A stretch of 40,635 nucleotides of DNA from a virus. Taxonomy: Duplodnaviria > Caudoviricetes. A program made the position numbers and the translations under genes. Location: positions 1-40,635 of IMG/VR virus record IMGVR_UViG_3300020045_007074, one strand, 5' to 3'. The notes below the pieces were generated by a model. It was given only the letters and a program-made list of their open reading frames with translations, was not told the DNA's origin and did no database searches. Each line of letters starts with the position of its first letter. Positions within the stretch are counted from its first letter, which is position 1. Positions 17,774 to 27,430 of the stretch are shown here, one piece after another.

Positions 17774-20700
17774 TGGCGCAGACTATCGCCCCAGGCATTG
17801 AAAAAGAAAACGAGCTAAGAGCGTCTGGTTTTGAACAAGCCGACATTGACCAATGGCGTGCTGAAGAAGCTCAGACTTTGTTGTCCTCCGGGTTCGCGTC
17901 AAATGAAGTAGATGAATATTTCGGGTACAAAAATCCTGATATGGCTCCGATGAAAAAAGTATTTGAGGATAACGCAAAAATAGCAAATGAGAATTTAGTC
18001 GAAGGAGCTGCGGCAAAAGAACCGCAGACTTTCGGGGAAGCAGTAGAAGCCGGATGGCAAATTTCAGTATCAGGACTTATAAAAAATCAAAAAGAGCCAA
18101 GCATAGTGGCGTCAGAAAATGCGCCGCTATTTTATAAAGTAGCGGGTTCAGTAGCTACTCTTGCCGGTGACTTACCCGCTATGTGGGTGGGGGGCCAGAT
18201 AGGGGCCGCAGCACTTGCGCCCGTCGGAGCCGCTGCCGGAACTGTCGTAGCTCCGGGCCCCGGAACTGCAATCGGCGGAAGTGCGGGAGCACTTATCGGA
18301 GCAGGCTACGGAGGCATGGCCCTACCCGCAGCTATTAGAAAAGCCATGATGGACCATTATGAAAAAGGCGATATTGAGAACTTCCAAGATTTTTGGGGTA
18401 GAGCCGCAGGTGTTTTCATCGAAGCAAATAAACAAGGAGTCATCGGAGCTGCCACTTTAGGAGTAGGTAAAGGCGCAGCGGGTGTAGCAGGTAAATTAGG
18501 CGCCAAAGCTATTACAAAAACTACTGCTCAATTGACTTCTGAAGTAGCGACCATGACAACTATGGGCGCGGCATTTGAAGGTCATGCTCCTGAGCCTGAG
18601 CACTTTATCGAAGCGGCTATGGTGGTAGGTGTTTTAAAAGGAGTCACTTCGGGGGCTACAAAGTTAAGACGCACTTATGCTGAAACCGGAGTTAAACCCG
18701 AGGAAGTATCAAGTCGAGCGCAACAAGATCCTCTTATTAAACAAGACTTATTGACAGAAGACGTAATGATCCCAGATCCTATCGCAAAAGAGAATGGCAT
18801 AACCATAGATCCAATGGCAGAATTAAAGAAATTCGCTAGCGAGAAGGCGCCAGGTCTCAAGGATGGGGCTGAGGCGCCTTCAACTCAACCCGAAGCAGTT
18901 CAAAAAATTCAATCTCAAATCGGGGAAGCTCAGCCAATTAAAGGGGAAAAATATACTTTTGATAAATTCTATACCGATTTTGTAGATAAGTTTGACCCCA
19001 TCAAGGAAGCGGTAAAAATTCTAGAGAAAGATCCTAAGACATTAAAGGCCGACGAAAATCCGTATCAACTCACCCGCATGGCCAATGACTTTAAATCTAA
19101 AGCCAAGTATGTTTTTGAAAAGGGAACACTAGACTACAACTCTCTTGAGACAACGGGAAAATCTTTTAGAGAGATAACTAAATCTATAAAGGACGATGTC
19201 AGCGGGTTCGACGCTTACCTCGCCGCAAAGCGTGCGATTGAAGTTGAATCAAAGGGGCTGAAGTCGGGCTTTGATTTAGAGGCCGCGAAAGAAACTGTTA
19301 AATTGGGCGCTGAAAAATTTGAGACGGCGTCAAAGGATCTTTTAGAATTTCAAAATAGTAATTTAAAATATTTAAAAGACTCCGGTATTTTATCTAAAGA
19401 AGTTTACTCCGAATTAACTGAGGCTAATAAATCATATGCTCCTTTTAAAAGAATTTTAGAGGACGGCGGGGTAGGCGGTAAGAGTGGAAAGCTTGGACAA
19501 CTTAAGGAATTTAAAGGCTCTGAGAAAAAGATTCAAAGCCCGGTGTTATCTGTTTTAGAAAACACACAGGCGGTGCTTAGAGTAGCAGAGAAAAACAGAG
19601 CTGCTAGGTCGCTAGTTGAACTTGCCGAGAAAACCCCTGACCAACAGCTCTTAATTAAGGTTAAGTCAAAAACTCAGGCAATAGAAATAAAATCTGAGGA
19701 CGTACTTAAAATACTTGAATCGCATGGGGCAGAAGCGGAGAATGTAGGCGCGTTCACTTTATTCAGTAAAAAAACAAAGGCCAGTTTAAGCGAGAATGAA
19801 TTTGAAGTATTTAGAAACGGTAAGCGTGAGGTTTGGGAGACGGCTAGTCCTGAAATTGCAAAAGCAGTTAGAGCAATGGACGGAGATCCTGCCTCGACCA
19901 ATGTCTTTTTTAAATTAGCCCGGGGTATTTCAGGAGTTAAAAGATTAAGTATTTCTCTCATGCCAGACTTTGTTATTAAAAACTTTTTTAGAGATCAGAT
20001 AACCGCAGGGGCATTTTCAAAATATAAAGCAATCCCTTTCATGGACACTATCGCCGCGATGAAAGACTTGGTAGGTAAGAATGAAAATTATTATAACTGG
20101 TTAAAATCAGGCGGAGCAGGTGGAACGTTTTTAGAATTAGATAACGCCTACCTTCAAAAAGAAATTTTTAAGTTAAACAAAGAGACGGGCTTCGCGGATA
20201 AGACGTGGAACTTAGTTAAGACTCCTTATGAGTTTATGAAAATAGGGGGCGCGATTGCAGAGCAATCGACACGTCTAGCGGAATTTAAAAGAGCAAGCGG
20301 AGGAGCGGCAAAAGGGGCGAAGGTATTTGAGGGAGGGTACGCGGCTCGTGAGATAACAGTCGACTTCACTCGTATTGGCGCAAAGATGTCCGCCCTTAAT
20401 TCTATTACTGCATTTCAAAACGTGTCTATTCAAGGTCTTGATAGGACGAGACGGGCCATTATGGAAAATCCCGCCGGAGTAACTTCAAGAGCAGTGGCCG
20501 CGATAACTGTCCCCTCAGTTCTTTTATGGTGGGCGAACCATGACGACGAAAGATATAAAGAAATTCCTCGATGGCAAAAAGATATGTTTTGGATTATCCC
20601 GACGGATGACTGGCAAAAAGCAGAACAGGGAGAAGTTGAAAGCGGGATACCGACTCATTTACTAAGACTCGATAAAGAGGGGAATGTAGAAATAAATAGA

Positions 20701-21567
20701 GGCGCTATTTACCGAATACCTAAGCCACAGGAGTTAGGTATTTTATTCGGCTCTTTACCGGAGAGAGTGTTAGAAAAGTATTTCACAGATAACCCAAACG
20801 CCATGGGCGACTTTAATAAAACTATGTGGAATTTAATTACTCCGAGCACAGTTCCAGATATTGCAGCTCCTTTCATAGAACAGAGTTACGACAAAGGTCT
20901 TTTCACCGGAACAAAAATTATACCTGGATACTTGGAAAAGATTGCCCCCGCGTACCAATACACAGAGTACACGACAGAGAGTGCAAAACAATTATCTAAA
21001 ATGATCGCCATGGTGCCAGGGGTAGGCAGTGAAAAAGCAGGGGACTTATCTATAGAATCTCCTATAGTTCTTGAGAACTACGTAAGAGCGTGGTCTGGAA
21101 ACGTGGGCATGTACGCGCTTAGAATCGCGGACCAAGCGCTTATTAAATCAGGAGCGGTCCCAGATCCAGTACGGCCAGCGGATACCTTAGCAGACATTCC
21201 GTTTGTAAAGGCTTTTGTTATAAGATACCCGGCAGCTTCGGCCCAAAGCATCCAGGATTTTTACGAGAAATATAGTAAAAACTCCCAGACATACGAGACC
21301 GTTCGTTACTTGGCTAAAACTGGCGACGTAGAAAATTTAGAGAAAGAGATAAGCGATCCTGCGATAGCCGAAAAGATTACAAATCTGACCGGGGTTAAAG
21401 ACGCGCTAGCTACACAGAGCCAGGTAATTAGACTTATAAATAAAAATAAAGAATACACTCCCGACGAGAAGCGCCAGTTAATCGACGGGATTTATTACGG
21501 AATGATTGAGATAGCTAATACCGCAAATACTGCAATGCGGGAACTAGACAAAGAGCTTAACAAATGA
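17773..21567 (+). CDS. Large ejection protein (gp16-like) with LPD38-like C-terminus
   Basis: G/A-rich membrane-like segment; YKEIPRWQKDMFWIIP...RIPKPQELG..FG.LPER pattern. Confidence 0.8.
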   Translation: MAQTIAPGIEKENELRASGFEQADIDQWRAEEAQTLLSSGFASNEVDEYFGYKNPDMAPMKKVFEDNAKIANENLVEGAAAKEPQTFGEAVEAGWQISVSGLIKNQKEPSIVASENAPLFYKVAGSVATLAGDLPAMWVGGQIGAAALAPVGAAAGTVVAPGPGTAIGGSAGALIGAGYGGMALPAAIRKAMMDHYEKGDIENFQDFWGRAAGVFIEANKQGVIGAATLGVGKGAAGVAGKLGAKAITKTTAQLTSEVATMTTMGAAFEGHAPEPEHFIEAAMVVGVLKGVTSGATKLRRTYAETGVKPEEVSSRAQQDPLIKQDLLTEDVMIPDPIAKENGITIDPMAELKKFASEKAPGLKDGAEAPSTQPEAVQKIQSQIGEAQPIKGEKYTFDKFYTDFVDKFDPIKEAVKILEKDPKTLKADENPYQLTRMANDFKSKAKYVFEKGTLDYNSLETTGKSFREITKSIKDDVSGFDAYLAAKRAIEVESKGLKSGFDLEAAKETVKLGAEKFETASKDLLEFQNSNLKYLKDSGILSKEVYSELTEANKSYAPFKRILEDGGVGGKSGKLGQLKEFKGSEKKIQSPVLSVLENTQAVLRVAEKNRAARSLVELAEKTPDQQLLIKVKSKTQAIEIKSEDVLKILESHGAEAENVGAFTLFSKKTKASLSENEFEVFRNGKREVWETASPEIAKAVRAMDGDPASTNVFFKLARGISGVKRLSISLMPDFVIKNFFRDQITAGAFSKYKAIPFMDTIAAMKDLVGKNENYYNWLKSGGAGGTFLELDNAYLQKEIFKLNKETGFADKTWNLVKTPYEFMKIGGAIAEQSTRLAEFKRASGGAAKGAKVFEGGYAAREITVDFTRIGAKMSALNSITAFQNVSIQGLDRTRRAIMENPAGVTSRAVAAITVPSVLLWWANHDDERYKEIPRWQKDMFWIIPTDDWQKAEQGEVESGIPTHLLRLDKEGNVEINRGAIYRIPKPQELGILFGSLPERVLEKYFTDNPNAMGDFNKTMWNLITPSTVPDIAAPFIEQSYDKGLFTGTKIIPGYLEKIAPAYQYTEYTTESAKQLSKMIAMVPGVGSEKAGDLSIESPIVLENYVRAWSGNVGMYALRIADQALIKSGAVPDPVRPADTLADIPFVKAFVIRYPAASAQSIQDFYEKYSKNSQTYETVRYLAKTGDVENLEKEISDPAIAEKITNLTGVKDALATQSQVIRLINKNKEYTPDEKRQLIDGIYYGMIEIANTANTAMRELDKELNK

Positions 21568-21622
21568 TTTTAAATTTGCGGTTTAACGTCAACTTGACGA
21601 TACTTTTTAGAGGGGGAAACAA

Positions 21623-24600
21623 ATGACATTAGCCACTACTATAAATAGAATTTCATACACAGGAAACGGGGTAACAACCGCGTTTGCATTCCCCTACCGA
21701 TTCCTCGCCAATGCAGACTTAATAGTTATAGTAAGGACAACAGCGACAGGGGTTGAAGTAACTAAAACACTAACAACCCACTACACTGTATCTGGGGCAG
21801 GAGCCCAAGCCGGGGGTACAGTAACTATGCTGACTGCTCCTACCGCTCTTGAATCAATCACGATAATACGAGAACCCGCTAACACCCAAGAGGCTGACTT
21901 TGTAGAGAATGACCCTCTACCCGCTGAGACTTTAGAGACTCAACTTGATCGAGCGTTCATGGCTATTCAAAGGCTGGCTGATAAACTCGCACGCTCTGCA
22001 ATTTTAACCGACGGTAATACTGTTGCTTTTGACCCTACACTTCCAGCGTTAATTGTGCCTGATACTGCTCTTGTCTTTAACCCAACCGGCGACGGTTTTG
22101 AGACCGGACCTTCTATAACTGACATCGCGGACGCAGCTACAAATGCGGCGGCAGCGGCGGCAAGTGCAGCGGCAGCAGCGGCTTCAGCGGTAGCGGCGGC
22201 GGCATCCGCAGCGGCGGCGGCAGCGGCGTCAGCGGACGCACTACCTTGGGACGATGTTGTTTATAAAACTTTTGCTGACTCACCAATTGCTATTACTGAC
22301 GCCAACAACGGAACTACTTTCGCAGTTGATACTTCAGGCGGTAACGTAGTTTTCAATCTTCCTCAAGTTTCTACTCTCACTCTCGCTAACCCTTGGGCTA
22401 TTGTAATTAAGAAAGCAAGTACCGGAGATACAAACTCTATTACGGTCAATCGTGGCGGCGCTGACACAATAGATAATGTTACTACTAAAGTTTACAGCTC
22501 CCCTGGCAGCGGAGGCTTTTTCGTACCGGACGATGACGGGACAGATAATTGGACCACATTAAATTTTGTAGGCAATGACGTCGTCACTTTGTCCGACGTT
22601 CAAACTTTATCTAATAAAACTATATTGTCAGGATTTCTTACCTCAGTTAGAGTCACTAACTATCTTGAAATGGCTGAGGTATCCGCCCCAACAACTCCCG
22701 CCCCCGGCGACGTTCGTTACTATACAAAAACAGACAGAAAACTTTACAAGAAAGATTCCGCTGGCACAGAAGCTCTTGTCGGGGGCAGCGGCAGCGGGTC
22801 AGGAATTAACTACATTTCAAACCCGGACGCCGAAGTAAATACAACCGGATACGCAGCTTATGCCGATGCCGCTGGATCAGTACCCGTAAATGGAACGGGT
22901 GGGTCGCCCACTGTTACATGGACACGCTCAACCTCAAGTCCTCTTAGAGGATCAGGCTCATTCTTATTAACTAAAGATGCAGCAAACAGACAAGGTGAGG
23001 GCGCATCTTATGACTTCACCATTGATCAAGCTGACATAAATAAAAACTTAAATTTATCTTTTGATTTTGCTGTTGCATCGGGAACGTTTGCAAGTGGAGT
23101 TACAAGTGACGTACAAGTGTTTGTTTACGACATTACAAACTCTCAATTAATTTATCCAATTACACAAAGTATACAAGGTCAGGTCGGAGGTTTTCAAACA
23201 ACCTTCCCCACCAACACGTCTTTAAGTTATAGATTAATTCTGCATGTTGCTACAGCCTCAGCAAGTGCTTATACATTAAAGTTTGATAATTTTAACGTGG
23301 GTCCTCAGCAAGTTGTATTAGGTCCCGTGATATCTGACTGGCAAGCATATACACCTACATTTACTGGGTTTGGAACACCCTCGGCTGTTTCTATTAATTG
23401 GAGACAGGTCGCAGGATCAATTGAAATACAAGGTTTTTTCACAACAGGTACAACAACCGCAACAGAAGCAAGAGTTAGTCTTCCACTTAACTACGCTGTT
23501 AAAACAGGTGAAGTACTTGGAATTAGAGGACAGGCCGGTAACAGTGTTGGAACGACAAATGATTATTCTGTTATAGCCGAAGGTTCTCAATCTTATTTCA
23601 AATTTGCAGCTTACAATATCGGAGCAACAGGGCCGGTCACGGAGCCTTTAGATGGGGATGATTTTGCATCAACCACTCCAATATCTTTCTTTGTATCTCT
23701 TCCGATTGAAGGCCTTAGCTCGGGAGTTGTTTCACAAAACGCAACAACGTTTAACATTTCATCTTATCTTGCAAATGGCACTAGATTAACAGGATCAGCA
23801 CCAACAAAATTGGGTGAGTACCGATCTTATTTACATGTTGGAAATACCGGAACTTACACTGAGACAAGCGGCAGCCCAACTGCGGCGCCTTCATCTTCTG
23901 ATGGTATAAAAGTTTATGGCGGTTTTACTTATGTGGCCGGAGACTCTGCAAACAATCCGTCTAAGTATGAAATTTTCATCGGAAAAGGAAAACAATATCT
24001 AGTTCAATGGTATCAAAACTCTGGAAAGTCCGGGTTTATCTCTCCCGATGTTATGCAAGAGGTGTCAACTTCAAAAGGTTCTTACGTTCAGTATGATTCA
24101 TCTACTGGGATTTTAGCTGTTACTCGTACAATATTAAATGGAACAAATTACACCGGAGGCGATGACACATTCTTAAATGTTAATGACGGGTATTTTGATG
24201 TTGCAGTTTCAGAGAAAGTTATTCCAGTACAAACAGAAGCATTTAAATCGGAGGTTTATGTTAGAAACACCTCAATGGCGTCCACTAATACAGCCATAGT
24301 CTCTTATGCCAATACTGAATTAGAAATTGGAGACGATATTTCATATGCCCGAAGCACCACAAATGGGGATGAGTTTTTAATTAATACAAGCGGAAAATAT
24401 GCAATTTCTATTTGTCACGATAGCGGAAACGGAAACGAGCCTGTAGGCTTTTCAATTAATTCAACACAACTATCAACTAATTTAATTTCATTAGCAACGT
24501 CACAAATTGGAGCATTTAGTTACACTGTTGGGGTAAATCTTCCAGCAAATACAGCATCAACATTAAATTTAAATAGGGGTGATATTATTAGGTCTCAAAC

Positions 24601-24667
24601 TGTAACGACAGCAGCTTTTGGAACTTTGGCAAGCATAAACTCATTCAGAATAACAAGGGTGTCTTAA
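21623..24667 (+). CDS. Tail fibre / receptor-binding protein
   Basis: T7 gp17-like N-terminus (YTGNGVTTAFAFPY, THYTVSG, ETLETQLDR), poly-Ala linker, beta-rich modules. Confidence 0.88.
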   Translation: MTLATTINRISYTGNGVTTAFAFPYRFLANADLIVIVRTTATGVEVTKTLTTHYTVSGAGAQAGGTVTMLTAPTALESITIIREPANTQEADFVENDPLPAETLETQLDRAFMAIQRLADKLARSAILTDGNTVAFDPTLPALIVPDTALVFNPTGDGFETGPSITDIADAATNAAAAAASAAAAAASAVAAAASAAAAAAASADALPWDDVVYKTFADSPIAITDANNGTTFAVDTSGGNVVFNLPQVSTLTLANPWAIVIKKASTGDTNSITVNRGGADTIDNVTTKVYSSPGSGGFFVPDDDGTDNWTTLNFVGNDVVTLSDVQTLSNKTILSGFLTSVRVTNYLEMAEVSAPTTPAPGDVRYYTKTDRKLYKKDSAGTEALVGGSGSGSGINYISNPDAEVNTTGYAAYADAAGSVPVNGTGGSPTVTWTRSTSSPLRGSGSFLLTKDAANRQGEGASYDFTIDQADINKNLNLSFDFAVASGTFASGVTSDVQVFVYDITNSQLIYPITQSIQGQVGGFQTTFPTNTSLSYRLILHVATASASAYTLKFDNFNVGPQQVVLGPVISDWQAYTPTFTGFGTPSAVSINWRQVAGSIEIQGFFTTGTTTATEARVSLPLNYAVKTGEVLGIRGQAGNSVGTTNDYSVIAEGSQSYFKFAAYNIGATGPVTEPLDGDDFASTTPISFFVSLPIEGLSSGVVSQNATTFNISSYLANGTRLTGSAPTKLGEYRSYLHVGNTGTYTETSGSPTAAPSSSDGIKVYGGFTYVAGDSANNPSKYEIFIGKGKQYLVQWYQNSGKSGFISPDVMQEVSTSKGSYVQYDSSTGILAVTRTILNGTNYTGGDDTFLNVNDGYFDVAVSEKVIPVQTEAFKSEVYVRNTSMASTNTAIVSYANTELEIGDDISYARSTTNGDEFLINTSGKYAISICHDSGNGNEPVGFSINSTQLSTNLISLATSQIGAFSYTVGVNLPANTASTLNLNRGDIIRSQTVTTAAFGTLASINSFRITRVS

Positions 24668-24669
24668 AG

Positions 24670-25050
24670 ATGGGCGAACTTTTTATCTCAGGACTTTTTC
24701 AAGCAATAATTTCGGCAATCGCTTCCGGCGCTGCGCTTTTAATTATTTCAAGATCGCTTGATAAAAATAATGAGGACACTAAAAAAGCCTACACCGCAGA
24801 AAAAGAATTACTAGATAACAGATTTAATAACATGAAAGAAAATCTAAACAGCATGGAAGATAAGTTTCTTCTTTTAGCTACCAAGCATGAGGAGTTAACA
24901 GAAGCTTTCTACCAAGTAAAAGAGAAAGTTGTTTTGTTAGTTCAAAGACAGGATGAATTTAAAATAAGATTGTTTGAATTGATTCAAGCAATAGAAAAGA
25001 AAGAAAACAAAGATCCCGTGCATGTGTACGGGACCATAACCAAGAAATAA
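24670..25050 (+). CDS. Membrane protein (TM plus coiled coil), lysis region
   Basis: N-terminal hydrophobic helix, position after fibre. Confidence 0.65.
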   Translation: MGELFISGLFQAIISAIASGAALLIISRSLDKNNEDTKKAYTAEKELLDNRFNNMKENLNSMEDKFLLLATKHEELTEAFYQVKEKVVLLVQRQDEFKIRLFELIQAIEKKENKDPVHVYGTITKK

Positions 25051-25059
25051 GGGGAATGT

Positions 25060-25281
25060 ATGAAAGAATTTATCGCAGCAAATGGTGGGGTTATCTCATC
25101 AACTATTCTAGTGATGGTTAGTTTTAACGCATTACTAAGCGGTTTGAAATCAGCGCTAGAATTAATAAAAGACAAAACTGTTAGCGGCGCTGACGACAAG
25201 GCATTTGATTTTGTCAGTAAAATGAAAGAGTTTTTGTCTAAAATTCTGGACGTTGTGGGCTACAACCCCGAGCATAAATGA
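25060..25281 (+). CDS. Putative holin
   Basis: 73 aa, hydrophobic N-half, KT...DDK motif reminiscent of small phage holins. Confidence 0.5.
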   Translation: MKEFIAANGGVISSTILVMVSFNALLSGLKSALELIKDKTVSGADDKAFDFVSKMKEFLSKILDVVGYNPEHK

Positions 25282-25493
25282 CCGAGCAGATACTAGAGTT
25301 AATTAAACAATACGGCCCTGCTATTTTAACTTTTATGCTCGGCTACTACCGTGGGCAAGTTGGAAAGGCTGAGAACAAAGCTAGAATCGCAACGCTTGAA
25401 CTTAAATTGAAAGAGAACCATGACAAAATTATTAAAGACAATGTTGGTGTTAATGATGTTGACGGTGTCAACAAGATCGCTGGGGCAGAATAA
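25278..25493 (+). CDS. Small membrane-anchored protein, possible spanin-like subunit
   Basis: Short N-terminal hydrophobic segment plus helical tail. Confidence 0.45.
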   Translation: MTEQILELIKQYGPAILTFMLGYYRGQVGKAENKARIATLELKLKENHDKIIKDNVGVNDVDGVNKIAGAE

Positions 25494-25701
25494 CTGTTTC
25501 GGCCCTAACCAAATGAAAAAAATGAATGAGTTTAGAACCGAATGCGAAAACTGTCAGCTCGATTTAGAGGACACTCGCATGGCTCTTGACGAATGTGTCG
25601 CAGTGCCCATACAAAGGGACCAAATGACCGCATTCGCCACGGGCATCGGCGGAATGGTATTTGGGCTTATTATCGGAAGTATTATTTCTAATAACAAATA
25701 G
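25420..25701 (+). CDS. Signal peptide plus C-terminal TM protein, possible spanin-like
   Basis: Overlaps upstream gene by 74 nt; 4 Cys; C-terminal GIGGMVFGLIIG helix. Confidence 0.5.
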   Translation: MTKLLKTMLVLMMLTVSTRSLGQNNCFGPNQMKKMNEFRTECENCQLDLEDTRMALDECVAVPIQRDQMTAFATGIGGMVFGLIIGSIISNNK

Positions 25702-25709
25702 GAGGATTT

Positions 25710-25895
25710 ATGGCAGACGACGAGAAAAAGAAAAAAGCAGATCAAATAGCCGAGGGGTATAGCTCCTCTTGGAATAAATTAAAATCGGGATTTAAAAGAG
25801 CCGCTGAAGTTTTAGGGGTAAAAGACGAAGAAGACCCGATAGTCGCGGCGAAAGAAAAAAGAAAAAAAGATTTAGAAGCAAAATACGGAAAATAA
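25710..25895 (+). CDS. Hypothetical charged protein
   Basis: 61 aa, SD AGGAGG. Confidence 0.7.
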   Translation: MADDEKKKKADQIAEGYSSSWNKLKSGFKRAAEVLGVKDEEDPIVAAKEKRKKDLEAKYGK

Positions 25896-26269
25896 TGAAG
25901 TTTAAAAAGCCGGAAATGGAGGCGGAATTAGCTAACGCCCCCATACTTCTTCTTCAATTCGCTATCATCTTTGACACAGAATCAAGAATGCACTGCGGAC
26001 AAGAGGCCATAGTCACTCGTGTACTTGAAACAGTGCCCGGAGAGTCAGGCGTGCATACTGATTATCGCGCCGTTGATTTTAGAAATGAATTTGAAGGCGG
26101 GTTTTTATATTCAGAAGATCAGGTAAAACATTTAGTCGAGTACATGAATAATCTTTACCCCAGAAACGATGGCAAAGTAACTTGCATTCATCACAGTTTT
26201 GACGGCGGTCCGTTGCACTTCCATGTGCAGCTCGCCACTTTAACTAAGACCTACGCACTCCCTCGGTGA
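25895..26269 (+). CDS. Peptidase M15/LAS-type Zn peptidase, putative endolysin
   Basis: H-x6-D (HTDYRAVD) and H-x-H (HFH) motifs. Confidence 0.7.
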   Translation: MKFKKPEMEAELANAPILLLQFAIIFDTESRMHCGQEAIVTRVLETVPGESGVHTDYRAVDFRNEFEGGFLYSEDQVKHLVEYMNNLYPRNDGKVTCIHHSFDGGPLHFHVQLATLTKTYALPR

Positions 26270-26415
26270 GCTTTTCTAATGAAGTAAACGGCTAAAATAA
26301 TGTTCAATGGAATGGGCCATAAATAATAGCAAAGACCTGCTATAAAACCCACGTACCAAAGAGAATTAATTAACATCCCGTAAGCGTACCCCGCTAAATA
26401 CATTAATGTTTCCAT
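26251..26415 (-). CDS. Small membrane protein
   Basis: METLMYLAGY... hydrophobic throughout; SD GGGGGAG favours ATG 26415. Confidence 0.6.
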   Translation of the reverse strand: METLMYLAGYAYGMLINSLWYVGFIAGLCYYLWPIPLNIILAVYFIRKAHRGSA

Positions 26416-26416
26416 A

Positions 26417-27373
26417 CTATACTCCCCCCTTTTTAATGAGATCAATTTTCTCCCCTATTAATTTCACACTGTTAATTTTTTCAGTTTCTATAAGCTTCGC
26501 GTAGATAGAAGTAGTCTGCGCTGATTTATGGTTAAGTAGCTGGCCGATGGCCCCCGCAGTAATGCCCGACGATAGCCCAATTGTTGCAAAAGTTCGACGT
26601 AGGTCTCTCGCCCATAGGTCATGGCATCCAAGTTCATCTTGAATTTTTTTCCAAAGAGCCCGTGGCATTTTACAATTAACTAATTTATTATTAGAGACAC
26701 CTTGTGATCGTTCCACAAGGTTGAGGCAGTGGGGAGGAAGGATCATTGATTCTTCTTCCCCACTTTGGGCGCTGCTCTTTCCTTGAAAAGATATCACTCC
26801 GTATCTTTCCCCGTCTTGTTCAATAATTTTTAAGTCACTTAATTTGGCTTGCTCAATAGCGCGTGGCCGAGCGCCTGTGTAGAGGAGAATGTATAAGAAC
26901 GTAACAGCTTCTCTGTTTCTTTCTTTCTCTCTCTCAAGAATGTTAATAATCCCTTGAATTTCCTCTGGCGTAGCAAACCTCTTACGCTTCTTTTCGACAA
27001 AAGATTTAACAATACTGCAAGGGTTTGTGCCTTGCGCTCTAAGTTCTCTTTCTTCGGCGAATCGAAACATTTTTGAAAGGGTTTCAAGAGATCGGTTAGC
27101 TGCAATCGGTCTCTCTCCCATATCGTTGTGCCAAGCCCTAACCCTGACTCCTGTAATAACTGATAGCTTTTCAGTACCAAAATGTAGCTTGATGTTTCTT
27201 TCGTAATTGTTCTTAATGTTTTGCGCCCAGCCTGATTCAATAAAGCGCTTTTGCGACCAATGCTGGCGCCATGTGAGGTCGAATAACTCTTGGACCGTAA
27301 TTTCTTTCTCGTCATGGCTGACACTTTCTGCTAATTCCTTGGCGAGTCTTATGATTTTCTTGTTTATCTTCAT
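26417..27373 (-). CDS. int: Tyrosine recombinase / integrase
   Basis: TGAR, RDLRRTFAT, LLNHKS..TT.IYA catalytic boxes. Confidence 0.9.
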   Translation of the reverse strand: MKINKKIIRLAKELAESVSHDEKEITVQELFDLTWRQHWSQKRFIESGWAQNIKNNYERNIKLHFGTEKLSVITGVRVRAWHNDMGERPIAANRSLETLSKMFRFAEERELRAQGTNPCSIVKSFVEKKRKRFATPEEIQGIINILEREKERNREAVTFLYILLYTGARPRAIEQAKLSDLKIIEQDGERYGVISFQGKSSAQSGEEESMILPPHCLNLVERSQGVSNNKLVNCKMPRALWKKIQDELGCHDLWARDLRRTFATIGLSSGITAGAIGQLLNHKSAQTTSIYAKLIETEKINSVKLIGEKIDLIKKGGV

Positions 27374-27430
27374 AAGACCTTAGTCGGTATGTTATAGAAA
27401 AAGGTTTAGAACCTTTCGCGTTTTTATACA

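Noticed and set aside
21623-24667. Diversity-generating retroelement or invertible fibre tip
   Set aside because: No reverse transcriptase, no TR/VR pair and no alternative tip cassette seen
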